Shown one piece after another: positions 21,711 to 32,173 of a stretch of DNA of 56,828 nucleotides. The notes under the pieces are model-generated. The model did no database searches. It saw nothing but the letters and a program-made list of their open reading frames with translations, and was not told the origin of the DNA. This stretch comes from an uncultured virus (IMG/VR IMGVR_UViG_3300042887_000846). Its lineage: Duplodnaviria > Heunggongvirae > Uroviricota > Caudoviricetes. Numbering within the stretch: the stretch's first letter is position 1; the number at the start of each line of letters is the position of its first letter. The stretch lies in IMG/VR virus record IMGVR_UViG_3300042887_000846; one strand, written 5' to 3'. A program made the translations under genes and the position numbers.

Positions 21711-23224
21711 CAATAAATACCGGACCTAAACTTGTAGAAAACGGTTTGTTGTTTACATATGATATGTACAACAATAGGTCTATGCTCGGCAGTCCTGGTA
21801 CAAATATACTTCCTAGTCCTGGTACTAATGGTAGATTCACTACAAGTAATGATTGGGGTACTTACAATACTAATCAGTATAACGGTGGCAACTTCTTTTC
21901 TATAGGTACTATAGCGAGTGTATCAAGTAATATCATCACTACTTCAGGTAATCATCCTTTTAGGACATATGACGCAGTTCAACCACAGACATCAGGTGGC
22001 GGACTAACTGCTAATACAAATTATTTTGTTAAAAAAATAAATGATACACAATTCAGTCTACATCAATATAATAGTTCAGAAAACGGTAGTCAAGGTTATA
22101 TCAATCCTAGCACAGGTAATTTTAAAGTTTATGATAGTATCGCATTAGATCAAAGAATATCTGTTAATAGCACCAGTTTTCCTACGATGTGGTGGGGATA
22201 TCCTCATTTGCCTAACACGTGTCATGTCAAAGAAATAGTTGAAGGTGGAGGATATGTGCCTGGCACAAACTGTATGCGCATACATGTTACAAGAACAGTA
22301 GGTGTAGACGGTGGCATGGCATATGGAGTATACACACCTGTCACTGCAGGTGATGTTATCGCCGTAAGTTTTTGGTTACGAACTCCTGATAGTAGGGGGT
22401 CAGGTGTTTCAATGACATATACGACATATTTCGGGGCCGCATCTGCTTTTAGTAGTTCAACCACACTAACAACATCGTGGCAAAAAGTTGTATACACATG
22501 GACAGCAAGCGCCACTTTTAATTTTTATCAATACTGGTTTCCACCTGCAGCGGCAACGCCGTATGATGTTGATATGGCCGATCTGCAAGTGCAAGTCAAT
22601 AGTGGTGGCATAGCAAGCAATTGGATGTTAGGATCAAGAAGCACAACACAAGTACTAACTGATCTGACAGCAAACAATACTATCACGGCAAACGCATTGA
22701 CTTATGCTAATGACAATACATTTAGTTTTGATGGGGTCAATGATTATATCACAGCAAACTGGAACGGCGTCAACACATCAGGTGGTGGATATAACACAGT
22801 AAGCATGTGGATGTATTGGACCGGCGGCGCGGGTGGGTTCCCTATGGAGTTTGGTAGTGGATACAGATTATGGATGCCTAGTGGTAATCTTGGATTTAAT
22901 AACGGCAACGGCGATTGTTATGGATTAGATTTTAATAGTTATGCTAATCAATGGGTTCATGTCGCCGCTGTGTTTTATAACGGAAATTATACTAATCAAA
23001 ATAAGATTTATATAAACGGTGTATCACAATCATTGACACAAAGAGTTGGTAGTGCAACAAGCGGAACAGCATCAGCAAGCGGTACTATAGGTGGATATGC
23101 TAGCAGTCCAACCAGTTATCCTTTCCCGGGTAAACTGAGTTATTTCACTGTACACAATCGTGAACTTACTGCTAATGAAGTATATCAAAATTTCATGGCA
23201 CAAAGAGGCAAGTACGGGGTATAA
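21707..23224 (+). CDS. LamG-like protein with inserted extra domain(s), copy 7
   Basis: C-terminal FDGVNDY...QNFMAQRGKYGV, with a central CBM-like beta-rich insert. Confidence 0.8.
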   Translation: MTINTGPKLVENGLLFTYDMYNNRSMLGSPGTNILPSPGTNGRFTTSNDWGTYNTNQYNGGNFFSIGTIASVSSNIITTSGNHPFRTYDAVQPQTSGGGLTANTNYFVKKINDTQFSLHQYNSSENGSQGYINPSTGNFKVYDSIALDQRISVNSTSFPTMWWGYPHLPNTCHVKEIVEGGGYVPGTNCMRIHVTRTVGVDGGMAYGVYTPVTAGDVIAVSFWLRTPDSRGSGVSMTYTTYFGAASAFSSSTTLTTSWQKVVYTWTASATFNFYQYWFPPAAATPYDVDMADLQVQVNSGGIASNWMLGSRSTTQVLTDLTANNTITANALTYANDNTFSFDGVNDYITANWNGVNTSGGGYNTVSMWMYWTGGAGGFPMEFGSGYRLWMPSGNLGFNNGNGDCYGLDFNSYANQWVHVAAVFYNGNYTNQNKIYINGVSQSLTQRVGSATSGTASASGTIGGYASSPTSYPFPGKLSYFTVHNRELTANEVYQNFMAQRGKYGV

Positions 23225-23225
23225 T

Positions 23226-23903
23226 ATGGCACTAGGACATAATCCATCAATCATTACTAGTAATCTTTTATACTGCATTGATGCCGGTAATGCTAGGTCG
23301 TATCCCGGCACAGGCACAACTGTTTATGATGTGACGACTAGTGGTTATAACGGAACTCTTACTAACGGTCCTACATATACTAGCGGAACGAACGGATATT
23401 TTACTTTTGATAATGTTGATGACTACATCTCATTGCCTTTCGCACCACCTAGAACTAATCTACCTTTTAGTTTTTTTAGTTGGGTCTATTTAAATTCTAC
23501 CCCAGGAGCAGGAATAACAAATGGTATATGGGGTCATTATGGTGTCAGTGGAGTCAACTGTCATTTTGAAATATATACAACTTACACAAGAATACGATTA
23601 GGTGATATAAACAATAGTTCTCTTGCTGTATTTCCCGCAGGGGCTTGGACATATGCCGGCTTCACCACTACAGGAACAGAACATAAATATTATGTGAATG
23701 GTAGTTTGAGTGCTACTTGGAGTGGTGCGCAGGGCGCAGTATTAGGTAATCCAGGGGGAGACCCTATACAGATGATAGGTCGCTCTGATGCAGGGAGAAC
23801 ATGGAATGGTAGGATCTCTTACGCTACACTCTATCTTGCTACATTAACTGATAGTCAAATATTAACAAATTATAATGCGTTGCGTGGGAGATATGGCGTA
23901 TGA
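23226..23903 (+). CDS. LamG-like protein, copy 8 (start moved to MALGHNP)
   Basis: The paralogue signature begins at the ATG at 23226. Confidence 0.85.
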   Translation: MALGHNPSIITSNLLYCIDAGNARSYPGTGTTVYDVTTSGYNGTLTNGPTYTSGTNGYFTFDNVDDYISLPFAPPRTNLPFSFFSWVYLNSTPGAGITNGIWGHYGVSGVNCHFEIYTTYTRIRLGDINNSSLAVFPAGAWTYAGFTTTGTEHKYYVNGSLSATWSGAQGAVLGNPGGDPIQMIGRSDAGRTWNGRISYATLYLATLTDSQILTNYNALRGRYGV

Positions 23904-24094
23904 CAGAATTAATAACTGATGTACTTGTTTGTCAAGAAGATCAGCGCACAGCAAGAATAGCAATTTGTACAACATGCGAGATGTATGTGTATGATGAAAC
24001 TGCTATGTATGGGCGTTGCACTATGAGCGATAATAAACCTGTGCCGGTATTAGGTACACTATTAAATGAGGTATGTCCACTTAATAAGTGGTAA
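23900..24094 (+). CDS. Small Cys-rich protein
   Basis: RIAICTTC...C...CPLNKW pattern. ATGA overlap with the upstream gene. Confidence 0.65.
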   Translation: MTELITDVLVCQEDQRTARIAICTTCEMYVYDETAMYGRCTMSDNKPVPVLGTLLNEVCPLNKW

Positions 24095-24102
24095 ATAATT
24101 AT

Positions 24103-24813
24103 ATGAGCATAGGCTATAATCCATCAATCGCAACATCAGGTATAAGATTTTATTATGATGCTGCCAACCCACGCAGTTATCCTGGATCAGGAACTACGTT
24201 AACAGATATAAGCGGTAATGGTTTTAATGGCAGTCTTACTAATGGCGTAGGATATAGTAGTAGCAATTTAGGTTCATTAGTTATGGATGGTGTAGACGAT
24301 ATTATATATGCACCATCAGTCAATACTATAGGTGCTATCCCAAATCAAACATACGAGATATGGGTTAAGAGCCCGGGTTTAGGTTCAGGAAAATACGTAG
24401 GTGGATTGATATGTCCTGATTACGGACAAATATCATATATAGGGCCTGGTGGATCGATAACATATTATATATATAATACTGATGCATGGCCCTCAGCATC
24501 TTATATTGTTAGTTTACAAACTACAGGCGTTAACTGTTTTGACAATCAATGGCATCATATAGTATGCACTAGAAATAGCACTGATGCATTAATTTATGTA
24601 GACAATGTAGTGAGAGCATCTGGTTCCGGCGGCGGATCTTGGTCTGGGGCAACTATCTGGAGTAGTATGGCAATTTCTATAGGTAATAATCCAAATGATG
24701 TTTATTACAATCTGTTAGGAAATATTGCAGTAGCAAAAATATACAACACTTATTTTACAGCAGCGAATGTAAGTCAAAACTTTAATGCACTGCGCGGGAG
24801 ATTTGGTATATGA
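24103..24813 (+). CDS. LamG-like protein, copy 9 (start moved to MSIGYNP)
   Basis: Paralogue signature. TAAATA lies 5 nt upstream of the ATG. Confidence 0.85.
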   Translation: MSIGYNPSIATSGIRFYYDAANPRSYPGSGTTLTDISGNGFNGSLTNGVGYSSSNLGSLVMDGVDDIIYAPSVNTIGAIPNQTYEIWVKSPGLGSGKYVGGLICPDYGQISYIGPGGSITYYIYNTDAWPSASYIVSLQTTGVNCFDNQWHHIVCTRNSTDALIYVDNVVRASGSGGGSWSGATIWSSMAISIGNNPNDVYYNLLGNIAVAKIYNTYFTAANVSQNFNALRGRFGI

Positions 24814-26135
24814 GTGTAACAACAGGTCCTAATTTTGCAAGTACTAGCGGATTAGCATTAATGCTAGATGCTACCAATCCACAATCGATTGTAGGTAATC
24901 GTTCAATTATTAATTGGAATAACTGGACTACAGGTTCAGGCGGTGTTACTGGATATAATCAAAACGGTCAAACAGCAGAAAATGAAAGAGTAGTTGCAAG
25001 CAATCCTTGGGGAAACAATGCTGTAGTTTGGGAAGCAAGACCATTGGCACAAACAAATGATGACGGTGGCTGGAATACAGACTCATTTAATATTGATAAC
25101 ACACAAATGTATCGTTATTCTGTATGGGTTCGCAGAACATCAAGTACATCAGGTGGCACATTTTATTTCGGAATGTATGCTAATGGTGATGGCTCGCGCC
25201 GCATGGATAACAGTACAGTAGAAGGAAACGCCTACTGGGAATGTAGTGGTACAGGTTTACTAACACAGAATCAATGGTATTTGTGGGTAGGACATGTATA
25301 CCCAGCAAATACAACTTACACAGGAAGAAATCCCAACACCGGTTATTATACTACTAACGGTAGAGTAGGAGATATTAACGGTTGTAATATTGGCACCGGC
25401 GACTTAAAGTGGAGTTATAATTCTACAACGGGTGTACATAGAACCTATTTGTATTATTGCGCAGATAACACCACAAGATTGCAATTCTATCAACCAAGAG
25501 TAGACTTATGTGACGGCACTGAACCTAGTATCGAAGAATTACTACAGAATGCAGGCAATATTTGGTATGACATAAGTGGTAATAAAAACAACTGTACATT
25601 TTTAGATTTACCTTCTGCTAACACAGGTTACTATACATTTAACGGTACTAGTAATTATGGTAGCATTACAAATAATAGTACATTAAACTTTGCATCAGCA
25701 CAAACATTACAGATAGTTATGCGTCACACGTATACAGTAGGTAGACGTAATCCATGGAATCAAGCATATGCCGGTTATGGTACATGGACTCATGAACAAG
25801 GCGAAAATATAAGTCAGTATTTCGGTAATGGTGGAGGAGATAACACTCCATATATAGGTGTAACTAGTCCTAATACTCCTAGAAGTGTTTGGAATGTAAT
25901 GTGTGCTACAAGAAGTACGAGCGAATTCAAATGGTTTATCAATGGTAGTTTAAGTAGCACTACTGCTAATCCATATGGTACATTAGCAAACACAAGTGCT
26001 AATATATTGATAGGCAATGGATACGCAGGTTATTGGCAAGGTGATATGTCTATGGTTACTGCATATACTAGAGCCTTAACAGACAGTGAAGTAGCACAGA
26101 ATTTTAATGCTATTCGCGGGAGATTTGGTATATGA
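24810..26135 (+). CDS. LamG-like protein with inserted domain, copy 10
   Basis: LMLDATNP N-terminus, an insert, then WYDISGN...QNFNAIRGRFGI. Confidence 0.8.
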   Translation: MSVTTGPNFASTSGLALMLDATNPQSIVGNRSIINWNNWTTGSGGVTGYNQNGQTAENERVVASNPWGNNAVVWEARPLAQTNDDGGWNTDSFNIDNTQMYRYSVWVRRTSSTSGGTFYFGMYANGDGSRRMDNSTVEGNAYWECSGTGLLTQNQWYLWVGHVYPANTTYTGRNPNTGYYTTNGRVGDINGCNIGTGDLKWSYNSTTGVHRTYLYYCADNTTRLQFYQPRVDLCDGTEPSIEELLQNAGNIWYDISGNKNNCTFLDLPSANTGYYTFNGTSNYGSITNNSTLNFASAQTLQIVMRHTYTVGRRNPWNQAYAGYGTWTHEQGENISQYFGNGGGDNTPYIGVTSPNTPRSVWNVMCATRSTSEFKWFINGSLSSTTANPYGTLANTSANILIGNGYAGYWQGDMSMVTAYTRALTDSEVAQNFNAIRGRFGI

Positions 26136-26875
26136 GTGTCAATCTAGGACCAGACATTATAGAGACAGGCTTGATACTGTCTTATGATGCTATGAACCCA
26201 CGAAGTTATCCGGGCTCTGGTTCTACATGGTATGATGTTAGTGGATTCGATAATCACGGGTCTATAAGCAATGGTGAATATAGCAATGGTTGGTTACAAA
26301 ATAGTGGCAACGTAAGTAGTTTCTTTTATATTTCTACAGGTAATAGCAGTTCTTTGAACTCAGCGTTTAGTACAACAACTGGCGGCTGGACTATTGAAGA
26401 ATCAGTATTGACTTACTCAACTAATTATCCAGAAGCAGATGCAGGTACAGTTAGCAGCGGTGACGCATACTCGCCAGGTAATACAGGTTTTGACTGGCAG
26501 CATGGATATGGGGTCACACAATTTCAGATGGGTATGAGTAGCAATTCCGGTGGAGCATATGAAGATACCTGCCTATATACTGTACCAAGTCCTTACAATG
26601 CTTTTAATGTTTGGCGACTAAGGACTATGGTGTGGAATAGAGGTGCGAACACATTCGCGTTTTATATCAATGGTGGATTGGTGGGTTCTTCTAGTACACC
26701 TAACACATCAGGCACAAGCGTATATGATGGTGGTGGGGTGAGTTGGGGAACATTGTATGGTTGGAAGTTTTTTGGTAGACGCAGTACAATCAAAGTTTAT
26801 AACGTTGCGTTGACCGCTGCACAAGTCAGCACGAATTGGAGTGCATGGCAAGGTAGATATGGGGTAAATGTATGA
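26132..26875 (+). CDS. LamG-like protein, copy 11
   Basis: YDAMNPRSYPGSG...FYING...WQGRYGV. Confidence 0.8.
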   Translation: MSVNLGPDIIETGLILSYDAMNPRSYPGSGSTWYDVSGFDNHGSISNGEYSNGWLQNSGNVSSFFYISTGNSSSLNSAFSTTTGGWTIEESVLTYSTNYPEADAGTVSSGDAYSPGNTGFDWQHGYGVTQFQMGMSSNSGGAYEDTCLYTVPSPYNAFNVWRLRTMVWNRGANTFAFYINGGLVGSSSTPNTSGTSVYDGGGVSWGTLYGWKFFGRRSTIKVYNVALTAAQVSTNWSAWQGRYGVNV

Positions 26876-27624
26876 GTGTTTATGCAGGTCCAGATTATAG
26901 AAACTATAAAACGGCCAGTGAACTATTGTCCGCCTTTCCACAACTAGCAGGTAGAGACAATTACTATATGTTGTATCCACAAGGCCCTAGCAGTAACGGC
27001 GTATTGACCTGGTGTGATATGACCACTGACGGCGGCGGCTGGATGATGATAGCACGTAGCCATCCTTCTACTATAAATTATGGCAGCACTAACTGGGGCT
27101 GGCGTGGTGGCGCGATAGGTGATGTTAAAGATTTTAGTCAAGCATATCAGTTAGGTTGGTTCACTTATTTTTATAATAATACTACATTCTCAAGTTTTAT
27201 ATTTGGCAACAGAGGAAACTATTACAACAATACTTGGGGATATTTTATCTACAAAAGATTTGGATTTACATACAATGATTTGATGAATAGTGACACACAA
27301 CAAGGGGCTTCAGCATCGACACTACAATCTAATACTAGTGTTTATGGTGACTCAGGTTTTCCGGGAATGCAAAGTGCTATAGGATTTGCCACTTCAGCCA
27401 CTAGTAGTAACTTTTATTATATGCGTGATTGTTGCGGATTCGCAGGTTACGGAGCCTATCCTACTTCAATGGTCACAACATATTGCGGAGCGAATTTCTA
27501 TTATGCAGGCCCCTGGTGCGGTGGGTCATCTACAGATGGAAGCGGAAATTTCTTGGCAAATAGTTACGTGTCTAATGGATTGACATATGGCGGAACTAAT
27601 CAATATATGATCATGGTGAAATAA
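26872..27624 (+). CDS. Fibrinogen-related-domain protein
   Basis: WCDMTTDGGGWMMI, the fibrinogen C-terminal-like signature. Confidence 0.75.
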   Translation: MSVYAGPDYRNYKTASELLSAFPQLAGRDNYYMLYPQGPSSNGVLTWCDMTTDGGGWMMIARSHPSTINYGSTNWGWRGGAIGDVKDFSQAYQLGWFTYFYNNTTFSSFIFGNRGNYYNNTWGYFIYKRFGFTYNDLMNSDTQQGASASTLQSNTSVYGDSGFPGMQSAIGFATSATSSNFYYMRDCCGFAGYGAYPTSMVTTYCGANFYYAGPWCGGSSTDGSGNFLANSYVSNGLTYGGTNQYMIMVK

Positions 27625-27625
27625 T

Positions 27626-27886
27626 ATGCAATATAATCTTTATATAGAAACTACTCAAGGTATGAAGAACGCTATGGTTGATAGTCCCCATGTATTCGCT
27701 GGTGCGCCTTTTGGTTATGTTCCTTATCGTAAGTCAGGTTCATGCGAACTTGATCAGACAATAATCGATGATTTCTGGCGCTGTGTTGATATAGTGCTTG
27801 AACAAAATGAATTAACAGCAGATGATTTCATACGAGCAGTAAGAGCGTTTGGTAATAGCAATATGTACGGTGAGATAAACAATTGA
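27626..27886 (+). CDS. Hypothetical protein
   Basis: Tightly packed ORF on the same strand as its neighbours. Confidence 0.6.
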   Translation: MQYNLYIETTQGMKNAMVDSPHVFAGAPFGYVPYRKSGSCELDQTIIDDFWRCVDIVLEQNELTADDFIRAVRAFGNSNMYGEINN

Positions 27887-27896
27887 TAAGTACAAT

Positions 27897-28337
27897 GTGA
27901 CTAACATTTTCTTGTTCGATTACGAACTTAGACTTAAGACCTGGGCTGAATTAAGGGATACTATAAAAGACTTGGATGTTGCCCAGCAGTGCATAGAGAT
28001 AGATAGATTCTGGCAAAGAGCCCCAATCAGTAATTATTATTTACATACTGATTATATAAAAGACTGGCCTGACCCGTGGCAACTACTAGCAGATAACAAC
28101 TTTTGTTATTACGCTAGAGCATTGGGTATGATTTATACCTTTTTACTCACGGGCACCAAAAATCTTGAACTTGTCCTAGCAAAAGACGATAATAGCAATG
28201 AAGTGGTATTAGTCCTTGTCGATGACGCAAAATATGTGTTGAATTACTGGCCCGAGACAGTAGTAAATAATCACATCAGCGATTTTACGATAATTAAGAC
28301 ATTCGATATATCACCACTGACTGCTAAGATAGGTTAA
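27897..28337 (+). CDS. Hypothetical protein (GTG start)
   Basis: Fills the gap before nrdA. WPDPWQLL..NNFC motif, with GATAAGTA just upstream. Confidence 0.65.
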   Translation: MTNIFLFDYELRLKTWAELRDTIKDLDVAQQCIEIDRFWQRAPISNYYLHTDYIKDWPDPWQLLADNNFCYYARALGMIYTFLLTGTKNLELVLAKDDNSNEVVLVLVDDAKYVLNYWPETVVNNHISDFTIIKTFDISPLTAKIG

Positions 28338-28339
28338 CA

Positions 28340-30652
28340 ATGAAAATAAATGTAATAAAAAGGTCTGGAAAGACAGAACCACTCGCCGTTGAAAAATGGC
28401 AACAACAAGTAGCAAAAGTATGTAATGGAATAGCAGACATCTCTCAGTCCATGATTGAGATCAAAGCACAGCCCCACTTTTATGACGGTATAACCACAAG
28501 AACTATTGATGAGATCACTCTACGCGCCATAGTAGACCTTATCGATATCGAACATAATCCAGATGTAGGACATACTAATTATCAATATGTTGCTGGTAAG
28601 CAACGTCTTAGCATGTTACGTAAAGATGTCTATGGGCAGTATAATCCTCCACACTTGTTTCAGATAGTAAAAAAGAACATAGAGTCCGGACTCTATACCA
28701 GCGAATTACTTGATTGGTATAGTGAAGATGATTGGAATAAGATGGAAGAATTCATCGATCATGAGAAAGATGAACAATACAGTTATGCCGCTATTGAACA
28801 ATTGATTGAGAAATATCTTGTACGCAACCGTGCTACAAAAGAGATTTATGAGACTCCCCAAGTTCGCTATATGGTCGCTGCCGCGACTGTGATGCACAAA
28901 GAAGATAAGAGTCAAAGACTAAAATATGTAAAGGAATACTATAATGCTTCTAGTGATGGTTTGTTCACTCTTGCTACTCCTGTACTCGCTGGCCTCGGAA
29001 CACCGACCAAACAGTTTAGTTCTTGCGTTCTTATCCGTAGTGATGATGACCTTGACAGCATTTTTGCATCAGGTGAGATGATGGCTAAGTATGCTAGCAA
29101 ACGCGCTGGCATTGGCCTTGAGATAGGTAGATTGCGCCCATTAGGTAGTCCTATACGCGGTGGCGAAGTTATGCACACGGGAATGATACCTTTCTTGAAG
29201 AAGTGGTTCGGAGATTTACGCAGTTGTTCACAAGGAGGTATTAGAAATGCAAGTGCTACAGTATTTTATCCCATTTGGCATTATCAGTTTGATGATCTTA
29301 TTGTTCTTAAGAACAATCAAGGAACCGAAGAAACCCGAGTCCGTCATATGGATTATGGGGTTGTGCTTAGTAGTTTCTTCTGGAGACGATTCAAAAACAG
29401 AGAAAACATAACATTTTTTGACCCCAACGAAGTTCCAGACTTATACGAAGCATTCTATTCAGATTGCGCGAAGTTTGAAGAACTTTACGTCAAATATGAG
29501 AAACGTAAAGATTTACGCAAGAAAACCATGAATGCTGAAGATGTGTTCAAGGGTGGCATATTAAAAGAAAGAACTGACACGGGACGTATCTATTTGGTAT
29601 TCATAGATAATGTCATGAACCAAGGGCCGTTCGACCCGGAATACCATACAATTTATCAAAGTAACCTTTGCTGTGAAATTCTGCTTCCTACTAAATCTTT
29701 TAAGCGTCTTGACGATCATAACGGTCGAATTGCACTTTGCACTCTGGGGTCCATTAACTGGGGCGCATTCAGAAACCCTGAAGATATGCGTAGAGCTTGC
29801 CGCGTTCTACAGCGTAGCCTATGCAACATACTGGACTACCAAGATTTCTTAAGCATACAAAGTAAACTAAGCAATGATGAGATTCAACCATTAGGCATTG
29901 GTGTAACTAATCTAGCATACTGGCATGCCAAACGCGGAATGCGATATGGTGAGAAAGATAGTTTGCAAGAAGTTAAGACTTGGATGGAACATCAGGCATT
30001 TTATCTCACAGAAGCAACAGTTGAACTTGCTAAAGAGCGCGGCAAGTGTGTAGATAGTGACAAGACACGTTATGGTCAAGGTAAGTTTCCATGGGAGTTA
30101 CGTGCTAAAGGCGTGAATGAACTTGCTAATTTCACCCCTGAACTCGACTGGGAATCGTTGAGAAAGGAAATGAAACAACATGGGGTACGAAACGCAACAC
30201 TTATGGCCATTGCTCCTGTTGAGTCTAGTTCTGTGGTTATTAATAGTACTAATGGTATTGAGATGCCTATGTCACTTATCTCAGTTAAGGAGAGCAAGGC
30301 TGGATCTTTTACACAAGTTGTACCCGAATATCAAAAGTTAAAAAATAAATATGAGTTGATGTGGGAACAGAAAGATTGTTTAGGTTATATCAAGACCTCA
30401 GCAGTATTGGCAGCATACGTAGATCAAAGTATATCAACAAACACATTCTACAATCCCGCACATTTTACAGATCGCAAAGTTCCTACTACGTTGATAGCAA
30501 AGAATTTAATGCTGGCTCATCAATATGGATTGAAGACTTTCTATTACAGCCTCATCAATAAGGCTGGGTCTAGAGTTGTAGAAGAAAGCCATGAAGTTGT
30601 TAAACAAGAAGTATTTGAAGAAGATGGCGATTGCGAGTCTTGCAAACTTTAA
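28340..30652 (+). CDS. nrdA: Ribonucleotide reductase class Ia alpha subunit
   Basis: N-terminal ATP cone (VIKRSG), QFSSCVL, QSNLCCEI, DQSISTN, KTFYY and C-terminal CESCKL. Confidence 0.97.
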   Translation: MKINVIKRSGKTEPLAVEKWQQQVAKVCNGIADISQSMIEIKAQPHFYDGITTRTIDEITLRAIVDLIDIEHNPDVGHTNYQYVAGKQRLSMLRKDVYGQYNPPHLFQIVKKNIESGLYTSELLDWYSEDDWNKMEEFIDHEKDEQYSYAAIEQLIEKYLVRNRATKEIYETPQVRYMVAAATVMHKEDKSQRLKYVKEYYNASSDGLFTLATPVLAGLGTPTKQFSSCVLIRSDDDLDSIFASGEMMAKYASKRAGIGLEIGRLRPLGSPIRGGEVMHTGMIPFLKKWFGDLRSCSQGGIRNASATVFYPIWHYQFDDLIVLKNNQGTEETRVRHMDYGVVLSSFFWRRFKNRENITFFDPNEVPDLYEAFYSDCAKFEELYVKYEKRKDLRKKTMNAEDVFKGGILKERTDTGRIYLVFIDNVMNQGPFDPEYHTIYQSNLCCEILLPTKSFKRLDDHNGRIALCTLGSINWGAFRNPEDMRRACRVLQRSLCNILDYQDFLSIQSKLSNDEIQPLGIGVTNLAYWHAKRGMRYGEKDSLQEVKTWMEHQAFYLTEATVELAKERGKCVDSDKTRYGQGKFPWELRAKGVNELANFTPELDWESLRKEMKQHGVRNATLMAIAPVESSSVVINSTNGIEMPMSLISVKESKAGSFTQVVPEYQKLKNKYELMWEQKDCLGYIKTSAVLAAYVDQSISTNTFYNPAHFTDRKVPTTLIAKNLMLAHQYGLKTFYYSLINKAGSRVVEESHEVVKQEVFEEDGDCESCKL

Positions 30653-30666
30653 GAAAGGATGATATA

Positions 30667-31047
30667 ATGGCTTATAGTTCACAAGTAGTAGATCATTATG
30701 AAAACCCAAGAAATGTGGGTAGTTTTGATAAATCCGATACTGGTGTTGGTACTGGTATGGTTGGCGCACCTGCTTGCGGTGACGTTATGAAATTACAGAT
30801 AAAGGTTGACAATGATACAGGTATTATTACAGACGCTAAATTTAAAACGTACGGCTGCGGCTCGGCAATCGCGAGTTCCAGTCTTGTTACAGAGTGGGTC
30901 AAAGGAAAAACCCTTGACGAAGCCGGAGAAATTAAAAATAGCCAAATTGCTGAGGAGTTAGCATTGCCTCCAGTCAAGATACATTGTAGCATTTTAGCCG
31001 AAGATGCTATCAAGGCAGCGATAGAAGATTACAAAAAGAAACACTAA
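30667..31047 (+). CDS. iscU: Fe-S cluster scaffold protein IscU (start moved to MAYS)
   Basis: MAYSxxVxDHYENPRNVG, APACGD, YGCGSAIAS and LPPVKIHCS. SD AAGGA. Confidence 0.95.
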   Translation: MAYSSQVVDHYENPRNVGSFDKSDTGVGTGMVGAPACGDVMKLQIKVDNDTGIITDAKFKTYGCGSAIASSSLVTEWVKGKTLDEAGEIKNSQIAEELALPPVKIHCSILAEDAIKAAIEDYKKKH

Positions 31048-31048
31048 T

Positions 31049-32149
31049 ATGAGCAAAGAACAATATAATTTAAAAACAAAAACAGATTATTCTAGTCGTA
31101 AAATGTTCTTGGACAAAGAGGGTCCAGTAACAATTCAACGTTTTGAAGAAGTCAAGTATCCCAAATTACAAAAACTAGAACAGACGGCTCGTGGTTTCTT
31201 TTGGGTACCCGAAGAAGTTAGTTTGACAAAAGATGCCAACGATTTCAAAGATGCAACAGATGCCGTCAAACATATCTTCACAAGCAATCTATTACGCCAG
31301 ACAGCACTTGACAGTTTACAAGGACGTGGGCCCAGTCAGATATTCACTCCGGTCGTCAGCCTACCTGAGTTAGAAGCATTGATGTTCAATTGGAGTTTCT
31401 TTGAGACAAACATCCATAGCCGCAGTTACAGTCACATCATTCGTAACATCTATAATGTGCCCAAGGATGTGTTCAACACAATCCACGACACTAAAGAAAT
31501 TGTAGACATGGCATCAAGTGTAGGCGACTACTATGAAAAATTACACCAATTAAATTGCTTCAAAGAAACAGGCACAGAAGTTGCCGAGAGTCATCACATC
31601 AAGGCTATATGGCTAGCACTCAACGCAAGTTATGCATTAGAAGCATTTAGATTCATGGTTAGTTTTGCTACAAGTTTAGCAATGGTTGAGAATAAAATCT
31701 TTATCGGTAACGGGAATATCATCAGTCTCATCTTACAAGATGAGATCATGCATAAAGATTGGACTGCATATATGATCAATCAAGTGGTTAAAGAAGATAA
31801 TAGATTCGCAAGAGCAAAGCAAGAGTGCGAACAAGAAGTATATACATTGTATATGGATGTCATTCGCGAAGAGAAAGAATGGGCAGACTACTTGTTCAAG
31901 AAAGGCAGCGTTATCGGTCTTAACGCTAACATATTGAAGGACTTTGTTGACTACACAGCCAACACAGCACTTAAAGAAGTCGGTATCAAATATCAAAGCC
32001 CTGCACCTAAAAACACGCCGATACCCTGGTTCAATAAACATAGCGAGACCAGTAAAAAGCAGACGGCATTACAGGAAAATGAGAGTACGAATTACGTGAT
32101 TGGGGTCATGAGCGACCAATTAAATTACGACGACCTACCTTCCCTGTAA
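31049..32149 (+). CDS. nrdB: Ribonucleotide reductase class Ia beta subunit
   Basis: FFWVPEEV, LDSLQGR, ETNIHSRSY, LEAFRF, DEIMH and C-terminal ALQENE..Y. Confidence 0.96.
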   Translation: MSKEQYNLKTKTDYSSRKMFLDKEGPVTIQRFEEVKYPKLQKLEQTARGFFWVPEEVSLTKDANDFKDATDAVKHIFTSNLLRQTALDSLQGRGPSQIFTPVVSLPELEALMFNWSFFETNIHSRSYSHIIRNIYNVPKDVFNTIHDTKEIVDMASSVGDYYEKLHQLNCFKETGTEVAESHHIKAIWLALNASYALEAFRFMVSFATSLAMVENKIFIGNGNIISLILQDEIMHKDWTAYMINQVVKEDNRFARAKQECEQEVYTLYMDVIREEKEWADYLFKKGSVIGLNANILKDFVDYTANTALKEVGIKYQSPAPKNTPIPWFNKHSETSKKQTALQENESTNYVIGVMSDQLNYDDLPSL

Positions 32150-32173
32150 TATATAATACACAAGGAGAAAAAT

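Noticed and set aside
11467..27624. Repeats considered as a CRISPR array or diversity-generating retroelement
   Set aside because: The repeats are in-frame coding motifs with irregular spacing and synonymous variation. No cas or reverse transcriptase gene is present, and I saw no adenine-specific TR/VR pair.
28340..32149. Introns or inteins in nrdA/nrdB
   Set aside because: Both have normal lengths (770 and 366 aa) with contiguous motifs.
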